This document shows positions 62,403 through 64,000 of a stretch of DNA of 64,000 bases, in pieces. Numbering within the stretch: position 1 is the stretch's first letter; every line of letters begins with the position of its first letter. This DNA comes from Octopus vulgaris (taxonomy: Eukaryota). Below the pieces are notes generated by a model, which saw only the letters and a program-made list of their open reading frames with translations, did not search any database and had not been told where the DNA came from. The translations under genes were made by a program, and so were the position numbers. The stretch is from the NCBI GenBank assembly GCA_951406725.2, contig OX597824.1, forward strand, positions 30,566,001 to 30,630,000, read 5' to 3'.

Positions 62403-63036
62403 TCTTGTTTATATCACTAGCTGGGAGATAAATCCCCGCTATTTCAAGCGCCGAAGCCACCAGATCACGTGGTTTCGACCTTTCTTGACCTCGTCAATGA
62501 TGGACGCTCGACCGCTAGAAACAAGAGCGAATCATTCTACCGTCAGCGATATATCGAAAAACAATGCCAGAACAGGCGCTGGTGTCGCGATTTGCATCAA
62601 ATGCCAATATGAGAATTTCTTTCGTGGTATCTACCGCAGCATAGTTTGTTCTAACAGAACATTCGCGTTTAAGTAGGGATAAATATTACCTCTTGGTATT
62701 GATACTGCCTCAAATATATATTTTTTAACAAGCTCACTGACTAATCGTGAGACTAGCACTTGTTCAGGCACTGTTCTTCTGTATATCACTGGCGGGGAGA
62801 TGAGTCGCTGCTATCTCTAGCGGTCGAGCGTCCATCATTGACAAAATCCAGGAAGGTCGAAATCCCATGGTCTGGTTGTTGAGGCGTTAGAGATGGTGGG
62901 GATTTATCTCCCTACCAATGATATAAACAAGAATTCATTTTGCACTAAAAGCTGATATGACAATTTCTCTCACAGTATCTACCACAGCATAGTTTGCTGT
63001 AACAGAACATCCAGAATTAAGTGAATATAAATATTA
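62403..63036. repeat. Inverted ~190-bp arms with hammerhead-like motifs plus an ~80-bp direct repeat
   Basis: 62403-62592 and 62743-62932 are inverted, 62608-62688 and 62956-63036 are direct. Confidence 0.85.
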
Positions 63037-63580
63037 TTTCCCGATAGTTTATGTAACACAGTTGTTGGTGCATACTGAATGAAACGATATGAAATAGAAG
63101 TAAACAAAGTCTGTTTTCGTTTAGAAAATGTGATGATTATTACGTCATAGCAGAAATAATGGTGTATAAATATTTAAAAGAACGCTTATTATGTGACGTC
63201 GTTTGAAACTATTTCTTTGCCAGACTAGAAAAAATTCTTTTAAAAAATGGGAGAAAAATATTTATAAAAACATGTCCTGAGATTCGTAAGAGATGAGGAA
63301 ATCATGAAGTCGGTGAGGATCATAAAAGATCAAGTAACTTCTATTTGTTCAAGGCTTAGAATTGATTGGCAGAATCGTTAGCACGCCGGACAAAATCCTT
63401 AGCAAAATTTCTTCAAGTCAAATCATGCAGAGCTCAACTTTGCTTTGTATCCCTTCGGTATCGATAAAATGCAGTACCAATCAAGTGCTTGAGTTGATGT
63501 CATCGATTGTGTTCTATAGCGACCTCATCGATTGTGTTCTATAGCCTCTTCCTCATGATCTTCGGTACAAAGAAATTGAC

Positions 63581-63848
<268 letters not shown>

Positions 63849-63850
63849 GT

Positions 63851-64000
63851 GGAAGCGCGTGGCTTAGTGGTCAGGGTGTCAGCATCATGATCGTAAGATT
63901 GTGCTTTCGATTCCTGGACCGGACCACGCGTTGTGTTCCTGAGCAAAACACTTCATTTCACGTTGCTCCAGTCCACTCAGCTGGCAAAAATGAGTAACGC
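63851..64000 (+). mobile_element. SINE cut by the window edge
   Basis: Near-identical to 61305-61455. Confidence 0.9.

Overview
AT-rich eukaryotic DNA, most likely an octopus-like cephalopod (inferred from the SINE/RTE repertoire and very high microsatellite density). No intact host protein-coding gene is recognisable. The window is mostly decayed mobile DNA: LINE fragments (Tx1/L1, RTE, CR1/L2, R4/Dong, CRE, Hero-like), Penelope-like fragments, Helitron helicase relics and non-autonomous Helitrons, Tc1/mariner and piggyBac-type elements, and dozens of copies of at least three tRNA-derived SINE families. The most interesting signal is at the RNA level. A near-identical ~363-bp tandem unit (37992-38815) carries a type I hammerhead ribozyme inside a long G-U-rich stem, the layout of a non-LTR retrozyme able to make circular RNA. 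At least six other unrelated repeat families in the window also carry hammerhead-like motifs, several with non-canonical cores. CpG decay in SINE copies marks two probably methylated domains (about 1-5.4 kb and 11.8-27.7 kb) bordered by promoter-like sites near 11.3 kb and 30.0-31.4 kb, hinting at an unannotated or decayed transcription unit. Family names come from motifs recognised by eye, and element boundaries are approximate unless a TSD or terminus is quoted.
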